DNA of 60,397 nt, filler included, from Basidiobolus ranarum (GCA_040143965.1; 12 parts of 12 records of this genome joined end to end with filler, not necessarily neighbours in it); one strand, 5' to 3'; counted from the first letter of the whole stretch, positions 37,003 to 50,432 are shown. The notes: generated by a model not told the origin, from the letters alone. Numbers and translations: made by a program.

Positions 37003-39320
37003 TTAAGGTTTGGTTAAGATGCCAGCAACCATTTCTTCAGTTGGGTAATAGACAAGTTTCATTATACCATTCTCTAAAGCTTCTCTAGCAAAATTATGCC
37101 TAACATCTATATGTTTTGTTCTAGCCTGAAATGTACCACTTTTAGCTAATGAAATACAACTTTGACTATTTTCAAATACTGTAATAGCATATATCCTAAG
37201 TCTGAACATAACTGGGGTGGCAGAGTATTCTGGAATCATATCTATACTTCTTCTCAAGTACCTGAATATTAGTGCATTTTGTGCTCAGATCCAGGATTTT
37301 TGAGATATTGCCTGACAGTTCCCGCTGCCACAGCAATGTCTGGATGTGTTCCAAATATTGTGTAAATCAAACTACCCACCATGGATTGATAATTAAATTC
37401 CTGGCTTTAATTTGAGTCATTTTGGGCCAAACTGAATGAAATTTGATTTATTTCACATTGGGATCCATTGGTGGGATACAGGCTTGCCATTATCCATGTT
37501 GGAGCATTTTAGGATATTTAGAACTTATGTAGACTGCTTCAGCATGATTTTTGATTGGGTTTATCTATCTTGAATTGGCTTCCAAGAAAATAGCTCAATT
37601 GACCTATATCAGTCATTGGACATTGGTTTGATAAGCTGCTCTTTGCCTGATTAAGTGCTTCTAGATCAAATGGGGTTATGATCAAGTCATCAATATATAG
37701 CACAAAGATCAGGATGCTATTTCCAGTTGTTTTGATGTAAATTCTGTGATCTGAGTGTATTTTAAAGTTTCAGTGATTCCAAATAGATACCTATCTTGTT
37801 GACCATGATCTGGGTGCTTGCTTGAGTTCATATAGCAATTTTTGCAGTTCACAGACCATAGTAGGGTGTTTTAGGTCAACAAACCTATCTGGTTGCTCCA
37901 GATAGATCTACTTTTCTAGATTTCCATTCAAAAAGGCTGTTTTTACATCCATTTAATTTAAATTCAAGATGACAGATAGCTGAGAGTGCAGTATTGACTA
38001 ATGGAGCCAAATGTAGCCACTAGAGCAAGAGTTTCATAAAAAAATCAACTCCTGGAGTGTGGGAATAGCCTCCTGCAACTAATCTGGCTTTCTACCTTTC
38101 TATGGTTCCATCTGCTTTCTTTTGACTTTTTAGTCCCATTTGCAACCTATTTGCTTTCTTCTTATTGGTCGGGGACTTAAAACTCACATTTTTTCTCCTG
38201 GAGGGAAGTAAATTCTTCCATCATAGCCTTTTGCTATAACTTTGACTCTTGATACTCCAGAGCTTGATCAAGAGTTTGTGGCTTGTCACCAAATGCTGCA
38301 TATGCATATATATCATCACCAACAGTGTTCCACCAGTTCCCTGGTGTATTTCTCCTTCTGGATGATCTTCTGGGTCCCAAATCATCCTCTGGTGTTATTG
38401 GGACGGGAATTGTGGTTAAATAAGGCCAAGATACAACTGGAAATTTGCCAGTCACTTTGTGAATTATGCTGCATGTGTTTTCTGGATCAAGAAGTGTGCT
38501 TTGAGGTGAAAATTTGCTTATCCATCAAAAACCACATCCCTGCACTTAATTAAATTCTGATTTTAGGTATTACACATTCTGTGAGCCTTATGTCCATCAC
38601 AGAAACCAAGTAATTTGCATTTTCTGCATTTAGGTTCCTATTTAGAGAGATTTTGAGCTGGAATCAAGCAATATGCCAGGCAATCATAGATCCTCAGATG
38701 ATCCAAACTTTGTTTCAATCTGTATAGGGCTTTCAATGGGATTGAACTTTGTAGCAAACTTCTTGGGCATCTGCTTTTGACATAGACTGCAGTGGAGACA
38801 GATTCAGCCCAATATTGATAATCTGACTTTTGATCATAGAACATTGATCTCAACATTGAACTTGCCATCTTGCTATGGTCCTATTAGGACATTCTGTAAC
38901 TCCATTTTGCTGTCGGTATTTGGTACAGTAGTTTGTTGCTCAATTCAATTTTTAGAACAAGCTGGCAAAGTCTTTGGAGCAGTATTCTCCGCCTTTATCA
39001 CTCCACAGTACCCTTATTTTTGGCACTAATTGTTTCTCTCCTATTGCTTTGTAGGGCTTGAACATAGCTCAGGCTTGAGATCTTTATTTGAGAAAGAACA
39101 CTTAAGTATATCTGGTTTTGTCATCAATAAAAGTCAAAATGTGCCTTTTGCCACCTATAGCAACACTTTTCATGGGCCCACATAGGTCAGAATGAATTGT
39201 GGCAAAATTCTGAATGGATTTGACTTCTCCAGATCTTGAAAATGGCTGTCTCTAATGTTTTTCATTTATGCAACCTTTACACAGATCCAATTTGGTGATA
39301 TTTGAAATTTATAAACCCAA
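37003..39320 (-). pseudogene. Decayed Ty1/copia pol (integrase, RT, RNase H)
   Basis: YWAESVSTAVYVKSR…HLRIYDCLAY and FENSQSCISLAK…FQARTKHIDVRHNFARE…YYPTEEMVAGILTKP; INT-RT-RH order. Confidence 0.9.
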
Positions 39321-39335
39321 ATTGAGTGATAAAAG

Positions 39336-40259
39336 TGTTTAGGGGATTTGGAAGTGTTTTGGACAAGTTTTGGGTTTGTGAATTAGACACTTGAGTTTGA
39401 TTCATTTGAATATGACTTCTTTATAGCTTATCATGAAATAGGACAATTGAATGTGCTTAGATCATAACAAACATGCCTGTTAAGCATGGGTCAAATCTTG
39501 AAGTGATGTAGTGAAGTTTTGAGAAAATGGTGAAAATTGGTAAAAGTAATCTGATTGATATTTGTATCAATCAGAGCAATAAACACACAGTTTTCAAAGA
39601 CACAATTGAGTGCTAAATAATCAGAAAATAAATAAGCTAACCAATAAGTAACAAGATACTATTTACCTAATTTCAACATTACCACGCAACTAATTATTCT
39701 GTAGATTTCTTAAACCTAATTTATGACTTAATAATACAAATTATGCTGAGCTAAAGGTTTAGTAAGGATGTCAGCACTCATTTCTTCAGTAGGACAATAT
39801 ACAAGTTGAGTTATATCATTCTATGGTACTTCTCTAACAAAATGAAGCCAATTATCTATATGTCTTGTTCTAGCATGCAATGTAGGATTTTTAGCCAATT
39901 AAATACAACTTTGATTATGTTCAAATGCAGTAATAGCTCATTTTTGCATGTATTCTGAGTCTGTAAATGACTTCCTTAGTCACATAATTTCTTGTATAAT
40001 AGCAGAGTCAGCCATATATTCTGTTGCTGTAGTGGAAAGCACTATGATTGGTTGCTTCTTACTATTGCAAGTTATGGCTCCATTACCATAGAGAAAAGAG
40101 TACCCAGATGTTGATTGTCAATCATTAAGGCTTCTTCTGCCATCAGTATCACTGTAGCTTTCAAAAATTTGTGCATCTGGAGTGGCAGTGTATTTCAGAA
40201 CTAGATCTACCATTCCTCTCAAATACCAGAATATTTGTTTTATTGGAGTTTTGAGCTCC
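39336..40259 (-). mobile_element. Second copia copy: 3' LTR (39336-39678) and RNase H remnant (about 39750-40259)
   Basis: The LTR ends TTTCAACA and is homologous to 36421-36928. The minus strand encodes YSDTDG…STSGYSF…ARTRHIDN…YCPTEEMSADILTKPL. Confidence 0.8.
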
Positions 40260-40377
40260 NNNNNNNNNNNNNNNNNNNNNNNNNNNNNNNNNNNNNNNNN
40301 NNNTTAATTAATTAANNNNNNNNNNNNNNNNNNNNNNNNNNNNNNNNNNNNNNNNNNNNAAACATTCAACAACATAC

Positions 40378-41191
40378 TCAATATTAATCTCTCCTTGTTG
40401 AGCCTTCATGGTCACTTCTCTGACCGAGGCTGCAATCTCATCTCTAGATGTATATGGGAAGCATAGATTAAGTGTTGCTCTGTTGATTTAAAATAGAGTA
40501 AGTTCTGAGGGGCCTGTAAGCAGGATACAGAAGAGAATTACTTGGTGTTATGGGCAGTTAGCCGCATCGCTCTTTGTGCTGCTTCATATACATCTGAGGG
40601 AAGTAGGTCAAGTTTTCCCAAGATTTGGATCCGAACTTGATGTTCGTTAATGATATCGCTAAAGTATAAGAAGTCTATGTCAACAATATTTATCAGAGAA
40701 AGAATTGCTTATCGAGTTGACAAACCATTTTTCGCATAGATAATCAAGCTTTTCTTTAGCTAGTTTCATCAAGCCATCTACTTCCTCCTTTGGTCGTTTG
40801 AAATTCTCTATACTAAATGCATATACGGTGACAGTATTTACGCCTAGTTTTAAGCACCATTCCAAAACCTTGAGGCAAGAAGGTGGTTAAGAACATTTTC
40901 AACACGAAGTAATAATGAAAAAGGTACAAAATTGTCAAGTCGGAGAAGATGATTCAACATGTTGAAAAATATATATATTCTAACCTCTTCTAATTTATGG
41001 TAACCACGGGTATGCCCTTCAACTGTTTTGACACTAAGCTTTCTAGCAAAGCGTCTATTTCCATCCATAATAAAAGCCAAATGGCGTGGAACAGGTCCAC
41101 ACTTCAGTATTTCTATAAGCACTTGTTGCGTCTTCTTTGTGACATTGGAGGAGATAGTCTCGAGAGAGGAGTTGATGTAAGAAAGAACCAT
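40378..41191 (-). CDS. RER2: cis-prenyltransferase / dehydrodolichyl diphosphate synthase catalytic subunit (Rer2/DHDDS-like); exons 41191-40985, 40868-40726, 40658-40542, 40479-40378; 3'-truncated
   Basis: [54 protein letters not shown] and [17 protein letters not shown] introns splice in frame. Confidence 0.9.
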
Positions 41192-41850
41192 GACAAGGTC
41201 AATACCGTGGAACCAGAAACTAGTATTTGTTAGGGTTAATAAACCAAGTAGCCTCTGGTTAAAATTTGAACTATCCTATATACTTGTTTTATTCTCTAGT
41301 AAATCTAGGAAGAGATTGGCTGAAAAAGTAATGTTGATAACCTATCAACCAACATTGTTGGACATCCAAAAAAGTAAATAGTATTCCGAGGATCATACTG
41401 GCCAAGATCCCTCAATCAAAAAACTCTTTTATCCGCTAGAAATACTTGTCTAGTTTAACTCACATCAGTAAGCCAGCTTTTGTCAAGCGCCTCGAGGTTA
41501 ACCTACCAAAATGTATAGGACATGAAATAGCAAGTTTGCTATATTATGCGATGCGTGACGAATCCTATCCTAGTCTGCTTTGCCACAAGTTCAGCCTTGA
41601 GCAATGCGAGAATTCCTCGACTGGTAGAGGTCAGGACGTGTTACATTGCTTTAGACTTTACCTTATTGAACTCTTGTTATCGCTAAAAATACTTCGTAAC
41701 CTATGTGAATTTTTGCGGAACTGCATAAATTCAACACCCTTCTTTGAATTCAAGCATACTTCTCGACGCCAAATCAATATTTACATACCTTTAACTATGG
41801 AATTACGAGGTATAGTAGAAAAGTTGGATTCACCCATGGAGCTGGCTTTA

Positions 41851-42559
41851 TTGTATTGAAAATTTTCGTAAAAACGATCTATCAAACTTACTTGCTATAC
41901 AGTGGTTTAATCTAAAATGAGACGAATTAAAAAATAAATAACTTAACCCTAAGTACAAAATACTAGACCATACAGAAGAGAAAAGTATCCTATTGTATAT
42001 CGTCACGGTCTTTTGAGGTAAATGCTTTTTACATGCAAATAAAAAATTCCACATTCAAACCTAAATTCTGCTTAGGTGCAAAAACCAACAGTGTTTAAAG
42101 GTCATGACCAATACTACAGAAGTTTCTCTCCATCGTCTTTGGAATCGTGACATAGCTGCTACTTTAAACTTTAGACATATCCTTTTTAACTTGGACTCAA
42201 CTGGGGAAAGACCAGAACGTTTTTGCAGATTGAAGGAGCCTCTCTCCATCAGGTATAAAAGGGTATCTCGTCAGCTAGCAGCAGTCGATCAACGAAAGAA
42301 GCCAACAATCCTGTGTAGTTATCGCCACACTAAACTTCTGATACAGAGTAAGTCTTTTAACACTTTTTCTTTTGCCATGTGTCTACAAATAGAATTGCCA
42401 GTGTCTAATTTATTTTGTTCACTTATCTCCAATTTTTGCAATCGTCCCATTTATTCTATGAAATGTCCAATTGATTTTTTTAATTCGTCTCATTTTAGGT
42501 CACAACACTGTATAACAAGTAGGTTTGATGGATGGTTTTTACGAAAATTTTCAATACAA
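41851..42559. mobile_element. Non-autonomous element with ~85-bp inverted repeats, possibly an internally deleted Tc1/mariner
   Basis: 41851-41935 (TTGTATTGAAAATTTTCGTAAAAAC…GAGACGAATTAAAAAAT) is an imperfect inverted match to 42474-42559. The interior minus strand has weak Tc1 N-terminus-like remnants (MGRLQKLE…, ERGSFNLQKRSG). Confidence 0.6.
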
Positions 42560-43791
42560 CATTTGTGAATTGGGTTTACGATTGGCACATCAGAAATCAC
42601 GGACCATTAGAATCGATTGAGAGGTTTATATCAAACGAAGGTGGGGTTCACTCGTAAGTTGAGGTGAAGCATCTATATCTAGATGTTATCAAGCAAGTCG
42701 TACCATGCCAATACTCCTAGAATTCTCATTGTCACATCTAGAAAACGGTGTTTAGAAGCTTTTACACTGCATGGGAGCCTATTGTCCTTCCGCATCAACT
42801 AGAGCTCATCGGGATTCCTTAATACGATTAGCGTTGACCTTAGCCATTCGCATACTGATTCAACGCTAGTGAACCTTCTTCGAATGGGTTCATCTACTTA
42901 CCAAGGTAATCTAGAGTCGCTTTTTAGGTTGGCTTCCAAGGACTGATTCCTGTGTACCATGGCCTGATACCTCAATTTACCGGCAAATCCAATAAGATGC
43001 TTCATGAGTCGGATACTCTAGATCCTCGTCAGCAAATTAACTAGTGATACTTGTGTAATGCATCCTGTCAGGTTGCTGTGTGATTTTATTTGTTGTCTCA
43101 TATATATACGCATCCAGTTCCCTGAAAATCCTGCTGTGCTTTCGCCTCTACTACATCCAATGGAGTATGATTCCAGGTCTTTTCTGCGCTAAATTGATTC
43201 TTCGCCCACAAGTCATCTATAATTAAATGCAGGCACTTAATCTAAGGACAACCTTGAGTAACAGTCGAAAGTAGCCATCCTCTTCACTGAATGCAACGGC
43301 TCAACCATAGCATTGGGAATCTAGAGCGTCCAAAAGTACGGCAGCAATTTACAGCACGTTTCATGATTTGGAGTTATTGTACTCGGGCCCAGATGGATCT
43401 TGGATCTCATGCCTAACTCGAGCCAGCTATGTCGCAATAGTTCGGGGAACATTTTCCACCCATTTATTCCTTGGGCATATTAAGTTGCCGTTTCGAACCT
43501 CCAACGTCTATGTAATACATATGTCTCTATTTATCCATGGATTGCACTCGGTTGAGTCCAGATCAATTCCACCCTCTAAATATGTCAAGTATTTGAATGT
43601 GATTCTGTGATGGCTCATTTAAAAGGGATGCGAACCTCCACTTCCATAGCAATATTCCGTTATCGTGTTATCCAATCTGCTTTTCCCTTTCTAACTTGAT
43701 CCTTAATCGATTTTACCTCGCTAGAGTTACCGATCTCTTGCCTCTGCTAAGCTTTCCCCTCCTATCTCGATACAAAGCGCATACAAACAAC

Positions 43792-44667
43792 ATGGGATTC
43801 TTTACTAAATTGTTTAGCTCAAAGAAGGTAACTGCTCATCAAAAGCTGCTGAGAAAGTACGCTTCATGTAATGATCTGCAAAAATCCCAGATAGATCTCG
43901 ACTTCCCACCAAACTCTCGACCCACTGGAATCTTGTCTGCTAAGGCACATGATAAACGCGAGCTTTACTCTATCACTCATGAGAACATGGATGTCCCCAA
44001 CAACGCTGAGAAACAGGCGAACTTGGGACATCCCCTTAACATGCAAAGATCAACCAATACAGAAGAGAGATGTCCGTTTATGAGCTCTAAGGAAAATTTC
44101 ACTGAGCTGAAAGTTGAAGAGCCATCGAAAGCGCCGAAATCTTCTGGAAGGTGTCCCTTTGATCATTCCAGCATCAATAAGATGCTGTCCATGCCCGATA
44201 CCAGTGTATCTAGTGGGTGTCCATTTGATCAACCGCTAATGAATCCATATGAGCTACCATTGAATACAAAGACTACCGAGCCAACAATTCTAGAGATTTT
44301 AGGCGAAGATAGAGTAGAGCTCTTAGTGGAACGATTCTACCACTATAATCTTACCGATCGTAAGACTCGAATCTTCTTCCAGGGAGTTAACATAGAAAGA
44401 CTACAACGTATGCAAACCACATTCTTGATACACTTGCTTGGAGGAAGACAGATGAATATGACCAAAATGCGTGCGGCTCATAAACGCTTATTAGATCTAA
44501 ATGACTCACATTTCGATGCGGTGATGAAAAATCTGACCAAAGCCGCTAAAGATTTAGGGATCTCTCCTAAGTTAACCGTGGGGATTTTGGCTGCTGCAGA
44601 GACCACTAGAGACGATGTACTAGGCAGGGTTCCGAAGTATGATTTGGCTCAGCAACGCTACTCTTAA
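43792..44667 (+). CDS. Group I truncated hemoglobin (2/2 globin, trHbN-like) with a long N-terminal extension containing three CPF motifs
   Basis: Intronless, 291 aa from the ATG at 43792. The C-terminal domain LVERFY…IFFQGVNIERLQRMQTTFL…LGG…MRAAH…HFDAV…TRDDVL shows TyrB10, PheCD1, the GG motif and HisF8. Confidence 0.88.
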   Translation: MGFFTKLFSSKKVTAHQKLLRKYASCNDLQKSQIDLDFPPNSRPTGILSAKAHDKRELYSITHENMDVPNNAEKQANLGHPLNMQRSTNTEERCPFMSSKENFTELKVEEPSKAPKSSGRCPFDHSSINKMLSMPDTSVSSGCPFDQPLMNPYELPLNTKTTEPTILEILGEDRVELLVERFYHYNLTDRKTRIFFQGVNIERLQRMQTTFLIHLLGGRQMNMTKMRAAHKRLLDLNDSHFDAVMKNLTKAAKDLGISPKLTVGILAAAETTRDDVLGRVPKYDLAQQRYS

Positions 44668-45549
44668 TCTCTACCGCCATCACCACCCAACCCAACCCAT
44701 TCTAATTGTATTCAACTTGCTCACTATCTCATTGTTCATACGTCACCAATTCACATTGTTGCATTCACTAAGTACCATCCCGTTCTTTTACGTTGTAAGC
44801 TTGCCCGCCCTTTATATTGCCCAAATTTCACTACCCCACATCCGTTCATTTACATATATGATGACTATTTTAATATAATATCGAAGTTGAATCTGATTAT
44901 ATCTGTTTCTAATATATTCCATAGAAAAATTTGTACGATTTTTAGTTGTGATTGGATTCCAATCGGTATATAAGTTTTGCAGAAACTTCCAAGTGAATTA
45001 ATTTCACATTTGGTCGCTTTATTGATGAACCTGATAACCAAGTTTCCCGCTCGAGTGACTTCGAGTATCCTCAGGTAAAGTATAGGGTTCTTGCCTATTT
45101 ACTCGGTAGGATAAACGACTTCTTCCACACAATATTAATTTGAAACCCTTCACGATCTTTATAGCTTTCCCCCTATTTACAAACTTTCCCTTTGGAATGG
45201 TCACGCGAATTTTTCTCACCTAAACTTCATTCCCCCCACAACTGAGGATAAAAATAAACGTAAAGTCATAAAATGGTCGGAAGAGGAAAAAAAGCGNNNN
45301 NNNNNNNNNNNNNNNNNNNNNNNNNNNNNNNNNNNNNNNNTTAATTAATTAANNNNNNNNNNNNNNNNNNNNNNNNNNNNNNNNNNNNNNNNNNNNAGTG
45401 ATTTGGCAACATTACTGGTATACTGATGGTACTTATAAGCAGATAACACTAAATATTGCATAACATAAGTAATACTTAGGCAGCTATGATTTAGCAGCTC
45501 TTAGCATGGGTGTGAAGAAGACAATCAACTTCAACATGAAGTTGGTCAA

Positions 45550-47700
45550 TTTTGGTTTATTGGTTGGATTGATAGAAATATGAATTAATCACTTTTCCAG
45601 TTTTGACTATATTTTCAAAATTTCTCTAAACAACATCAAATTCTCACCCATGCTTATCAGGCATATTGGTTATGCTCTAAGCATGTCAAATGGTCCTATT
45701 TCTTAGTTACAGAGAGGTTTGATGGTGAACACATTCACATTTGAAAGTTCAGGATACAAATAGCATTTGAAGTCAAGGACCTCTGGGAATTTGTTGCAGA
45801 AGAAATTATTCCAAAAGGACCAACAGAAGCTTTCCTTGCCTTTCACAAAAAGCAGAGGAAAGCACTCTCTACACTTTGCATACAACTCAGAGACTCTTGA
45901 TTGAGGTACATACACTCAGCCAAAATGTCCAAATGGCTTAAGAAGCATGAGAGAGATTATAAAAGACTAAAAGTCTGGCTAGAAGGTTATAGCTTAGGCA
46001 AGAATTATTCTCAATTCTGATAATTTGTGATCATTCTATAGCTAATCATAAGAAGTGGATAAAAAATGTAGCAGATAGAGTCAAGAGCAGAGCCATTACC
46101 AATGGAATATGTTGGTGCTAGGCTTTCAAGTGAGGAATTAAGAAGATCTAATTCTCAGCAAAATAATGGAGCTCAGGCATTTTTTTGAGCTGTAAAACAT
46201 CCAATAGATCTCACAAATGGTACCTCCAATAGGGAACCCATCATTTGCAATTATTGCAAGAAACCAGGCCATTTAATCAAAGATTGCAGAAAAAGGTTTT
46301 TTACTCAAAAGCTAAAGTTAGAGCAAGTAGCTGAAGTAATCACTGATGGGGATCTTCTATAGGTGTCTGCCCTATCCATAACCACCAAGGAAGACCAAAT
46401 AATGTGTTACATTGATTCAAGACCTTCCTGGCTTATGTCAAACAAGAAAGATTAGGTTTCCCACTTGAAACCCATCCAAGCAAGGAAAGTCCACTTAGGT
46501 GATGAGTATACACTACATGCACATGGTAAGGGCATCATTGTGTTCAATTCAGACAAAATTTCAGCTACACCATCTGCAAAACCTGATGTCGTCCTCTGCA
46601 TACCAATTGTAGCCTAGAATCTACTTTTGGTAAGCCAAGCAACAGCTCCAGAACTGAGTTTTGTGCTTAGCAAGGCTGAATGCACTATCTCAGATCAGAT
46701 TGCAACCAAATCAGCTACTGGGATCAAGACTCAAAACCTATGGCAGCTAGAAATCAACCAATTGCATTCAGAGCAGGCAGACTTGGCCAAAACCAGTGAA
46801 ATAAGCTGTTAAATGTGGCATAGAAGATTAGGCCATATTAGGAAAAAGAAACTGACTCAAATGATGCCAATTTCAGCTTGTATCTGGCTTAAAATTTCAT
46901 ATTTTCACTAAATTGGATCTGGGTGAAGGTTGCACATATGGAAAACATTACAGACATCTGTTTTCAAGCTCAGGAGAGATCAAATCTACTCCCAATTTTG
47001 CCCTGATTCCTTCTGACCTATGTGGACCAGTGAAAAATGTCTCACTAGGTGGCAAAAGTTACTGGATGGCCTTTATCAATGACAAAACTAAATGTACCTG
47101 GGCATTCTTTCTCAAATCAATATCTGTAGCCTTAACTATGTTGAAGTACTACAAAGCAATGGCAGAGAATGAATTGGCACAAAAATAAGGCTACTAAGGA
47201 ATGATATTGGTTGAAGATATTGCTCCAAAGACTTTGCTAGTTTTTGTTCAAAATATACAATTAAGCCACAAACAACCCTACCTTATACTCCACAGCAAAA
47301 TGGAGTTGCAGAATGTGATAATAGAGGCATAGTGGAGATGGCAAGTTCAATGTTACATGATCAAAAGTTAGATTACCAATATTGGGTTGATTCTATCTCC
47401 ACTGCAGTCTATTTCAAAAACAGATGCCCAACAAGTTTGCTACAGAGCTCTACTCAATTTGAAGCCCTGTATAGATCAAATATAAGTGTGGATCAATATG
47501 GTATATTTGGTTGCACCGCATGTTGCCTAATTCCAGCTAAAAAATGCTCTAAATTCAACCCAAGAGCAGGAAATACATATTTCTTGGTCACTTTGATGGA
47601 TCTGAGGCCTCCAACTGTTTGATATCAAAAAAATAGATGTTAGTTAAGTGCAGAGATGTGACTTCCAATGAAAAAGCAAATTTAGTGTTAAGTAAAACAG
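45550..47700 (+). pseudogene. Decayed Ty1/copia: LTR fragment, gag, protease and integrase
   Basis: ERFDGEHIHI*KFRIQ…KDLWE gag start, CNYCKKPGHLIKDC zinc knuckle (about 46246-46287), YIDS protease motif, WHRRLGH, SDLCGP…GGKSYWMAFINDKT and PYTPQQNGVAE. Confidence 0.9.
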
Positions 47701-47967
47701 GGATGTTGAAGGTGACAAATTAGCATTCAAGTAGTAAATGTGTAAAATTTGAGTTACATTTTTCACACATATATTGCTCCATAATTCTCCAAGATTGTAG
47801 CCAATCATGTGCAATTATTCTGCAAGAGCTTGAAACTTCACTCCTGAAACTGAAAAAATTGATTAATATCATATCTAACTTGATGATTTTGTGATGGTAA
47901 GTCAACATTCAGTCCCAAATAGATTAAAATTGTCAGAGTTTTCCAACAATAACAATCCTCAAAATTC

Positions 47968-48778
47968 TGTCAGGTATAAAAAGAGTATATCCAATCAAAA
48001 ACAACTGTAAACTTAGCCAGCAGGATCTTGAACAAGGATGCACAAGTAGTGACTTATTTAAGGATATGAAAAGTTCCTTGCTTTTGCAGACAAAGTTAGG
48101 GAAAAAAAATATCAGTAATATAACATCCACCTGCCAGTACTTCCAATAGATAGTCAAGCCCTTTCTAGCCACATGGTAGCCTCTAACTGCCTCTGGTAGT
48201 CTCTTTTGAGCTTCCTCTTCAAAGGTCTTGTAAGCAATGATAAATGTAAGGGGTGATCACAAGTTGCAATTGTTAGATGAAAATCAAGATGATTTTTATT
48301 TCAAATGATATGGATGCTAGTTATACTTTTCTCAAGGTAGATATGATAACTGATGAGAATTTCTGGAAAGTCCTAGAGAATTCAATTGGTGGGGATCTGA
48401 GAATATGATATCATCATAAACCATAAGATTAGTAATCCATGGAAAGTTCTGGAAGGTTATTGAAAAATTGCAAAAGGCATAGAATATTCTGCATATTCAA
48501 GTTTGATTTGTTCATAATCCAGTCAACCATCAAATACTCCAAGAATCTTATGGAACGTTCTGGAAGATTGTACAACTATCCAGAAAATAATAGGGCTAAT
48601 GTAGGTTAATACTGTTAGTTTTTAAATAAGGTGTAATACAAATAGTGTGAAATGATTTGCTAGAAAATATGCACAAGTCAAATATGGATAATAAGATAGA
48701 GAATGTGGGATATCAATGCAATGAGCTAAATGTGGGAATAAGTTAACCTGCCAGTGGATAGCCATGCTACATCACCAC
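47968..48778. repeat. Dispersed LTR-like repeat (third family), copy 2
   Basis: Homologous to 20960-21823; TGTCAGG…ACCACA ends; flanked by CACTA-like fragments. Confidence 0.6.
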
Positions 48779-48789
48779 AGTGGCTTCAC

Positions 48790-50332
48790 CACACATTGGC
48801 CAATATCAGGCAGATACAGTGACAACACAAAGATTTTGTAAATGGATATGAAAAACATTATTACAGGTTTAAACAAGATAGACTGAATCTATGCTGGTGT
48901 GCAATACATTCTTTACTGCATCTTTCACAATGATTGGAGATTATAGGTGCTTGCTATACATTTTGGGAGTTCCCAAGGGAGTGCACCAGAGGTGAAATGA
49001 TACTCTATGTAAAGTCATTGGTATTAATGTATGCTAATCTGATTTACAATGTATCAGAAAATTTGGTGATGTATGTAATGCAATGTGTCAAGAAGACTCC
49101 TGACTATATTAACCTTCCAACAAAGGGCTCTTTTCAACATGTTCAAAGGTTATTGCATTGTTTGAGCACAATAACAGCAATAAAACCAAATGCTGGGACT
49201 TGGAGAAAGTACTTCTATAATTTGGACTAATTTCCTTGTGTGATAATCTGATGTTATTTCCAGGAAAGCTGCTTAAGAGATGTCTTGGTGAAATAGACTG
49301 TGATATGTAGTAGTATTGTTTCAGCCATGAGGTAATATATTCAAACAATGATACATCTACTTGTAGTGGGAAATTTGTTGACCACTAGTTGAGGATATTT
49401 TTGCTGAGTTCTTTACGGAAATTTGCAAAAATCAAACAACTTGTTATCATTATGATTGGAAGCAGTAGTCAGCCATTTGCCAAGTGTTAGTGCTATCCAA
49501 AATCTCAGATGTTTCAGCAATTTTTTCCCTGTTAGTTGGCTAGTGAAGAATATTGATATTGTTGAGTTATTTCTGATCCCTAACAGAAATTTGAGGATTG
49601 TTATTATAGGTAATGCATGACAATTATAATCCATGTTGGATTGACTGCTTACTTACCATTGTAAAATTATCAAGTTTGATTTTATTTTAATCAATTTTTA
49701 AGTTTCAGGAGTGAAATTTCAAGTTCTTGCAAAATAGTTGCATATGATTAGCCACAATGGTAGAGAACTATGCATCAACACATGTCCCAAAAATGTAACT
49801 CAAATTTTACACATTTACTACTTGAGTGCTAATTTGTAACCATTGAAATCCCTGGTTTCTTTGATATGTTCTCCTGAATACTTTCACAGAGTTCTTCATA
49901 CCCAAGGTTAGCTCTTATCCAGCAAGAGTCTATATCAATGGCTCCATCAAGGCCCACCATTGTATTAATGTTGCTCAATCAACATTATTCCAGCTATCTG
50001 GCAGTTACCCTTGAATATTGTGCCACTGTGAATGACGTTCTTCCAGATATCTGCCCAGTCAACACCAGATGAAATCTCATGGGGAATTTTCTTATTCTGA
50101 AGCCACTTTCTGCATACTAGTACTGTTTTTTTCCTTCCTACTTTGGAAAATACTCCTCAAGCAATTTTAGTATTTTTATGTGCCCTTGCAGTGTAACACT
50201 ACTCAGGGTGCTCTGTGGTGTTGGTGTAGCGTCTTGCTTTCCTTTAATTTTGGGGCTAATTTCAACACTTCAAAAAGCACCCATTGGGGTTGGAGAGCCA
50301 TGAGTCTTATTTACTGATGTTTTTGTTTGTTG
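48790..50332. mobile_element. Nested CACTA-like fragments: transposase C-terminus and 3' region (+, 48790-49577), then a 'B' terminus at 49578 and ORF2 (-)
   Basis: ORF 48934-49230 is transposase; intact terminus CCCTAACAGAAATTTGAGG at 49578. Confidence 0.78.
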
Positions 50333-50432
50333 NNNNNNNNNNNNNNNNNNNNNNNNNNNNNNNNNNNNNNNNNNNNTTAATTAATTAANNNNNNNNNNNN
50401 NNNNNNNNNNNNNNNNNNNNNNNNNNNNNNNN

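Noticed and set aside
41446..41859. 137-aa ORF upstream of the prenyltransferase
   Set aside because: Non-ATG start, no recognisable domain, and it runs into the inverted repeat.
43696..43791. Longer globin N-terminus from the TTG start in the ORF track
   Set aside because: Eukaryotic gene; the first ATG in good context (ACAACATGG) is at 43792.
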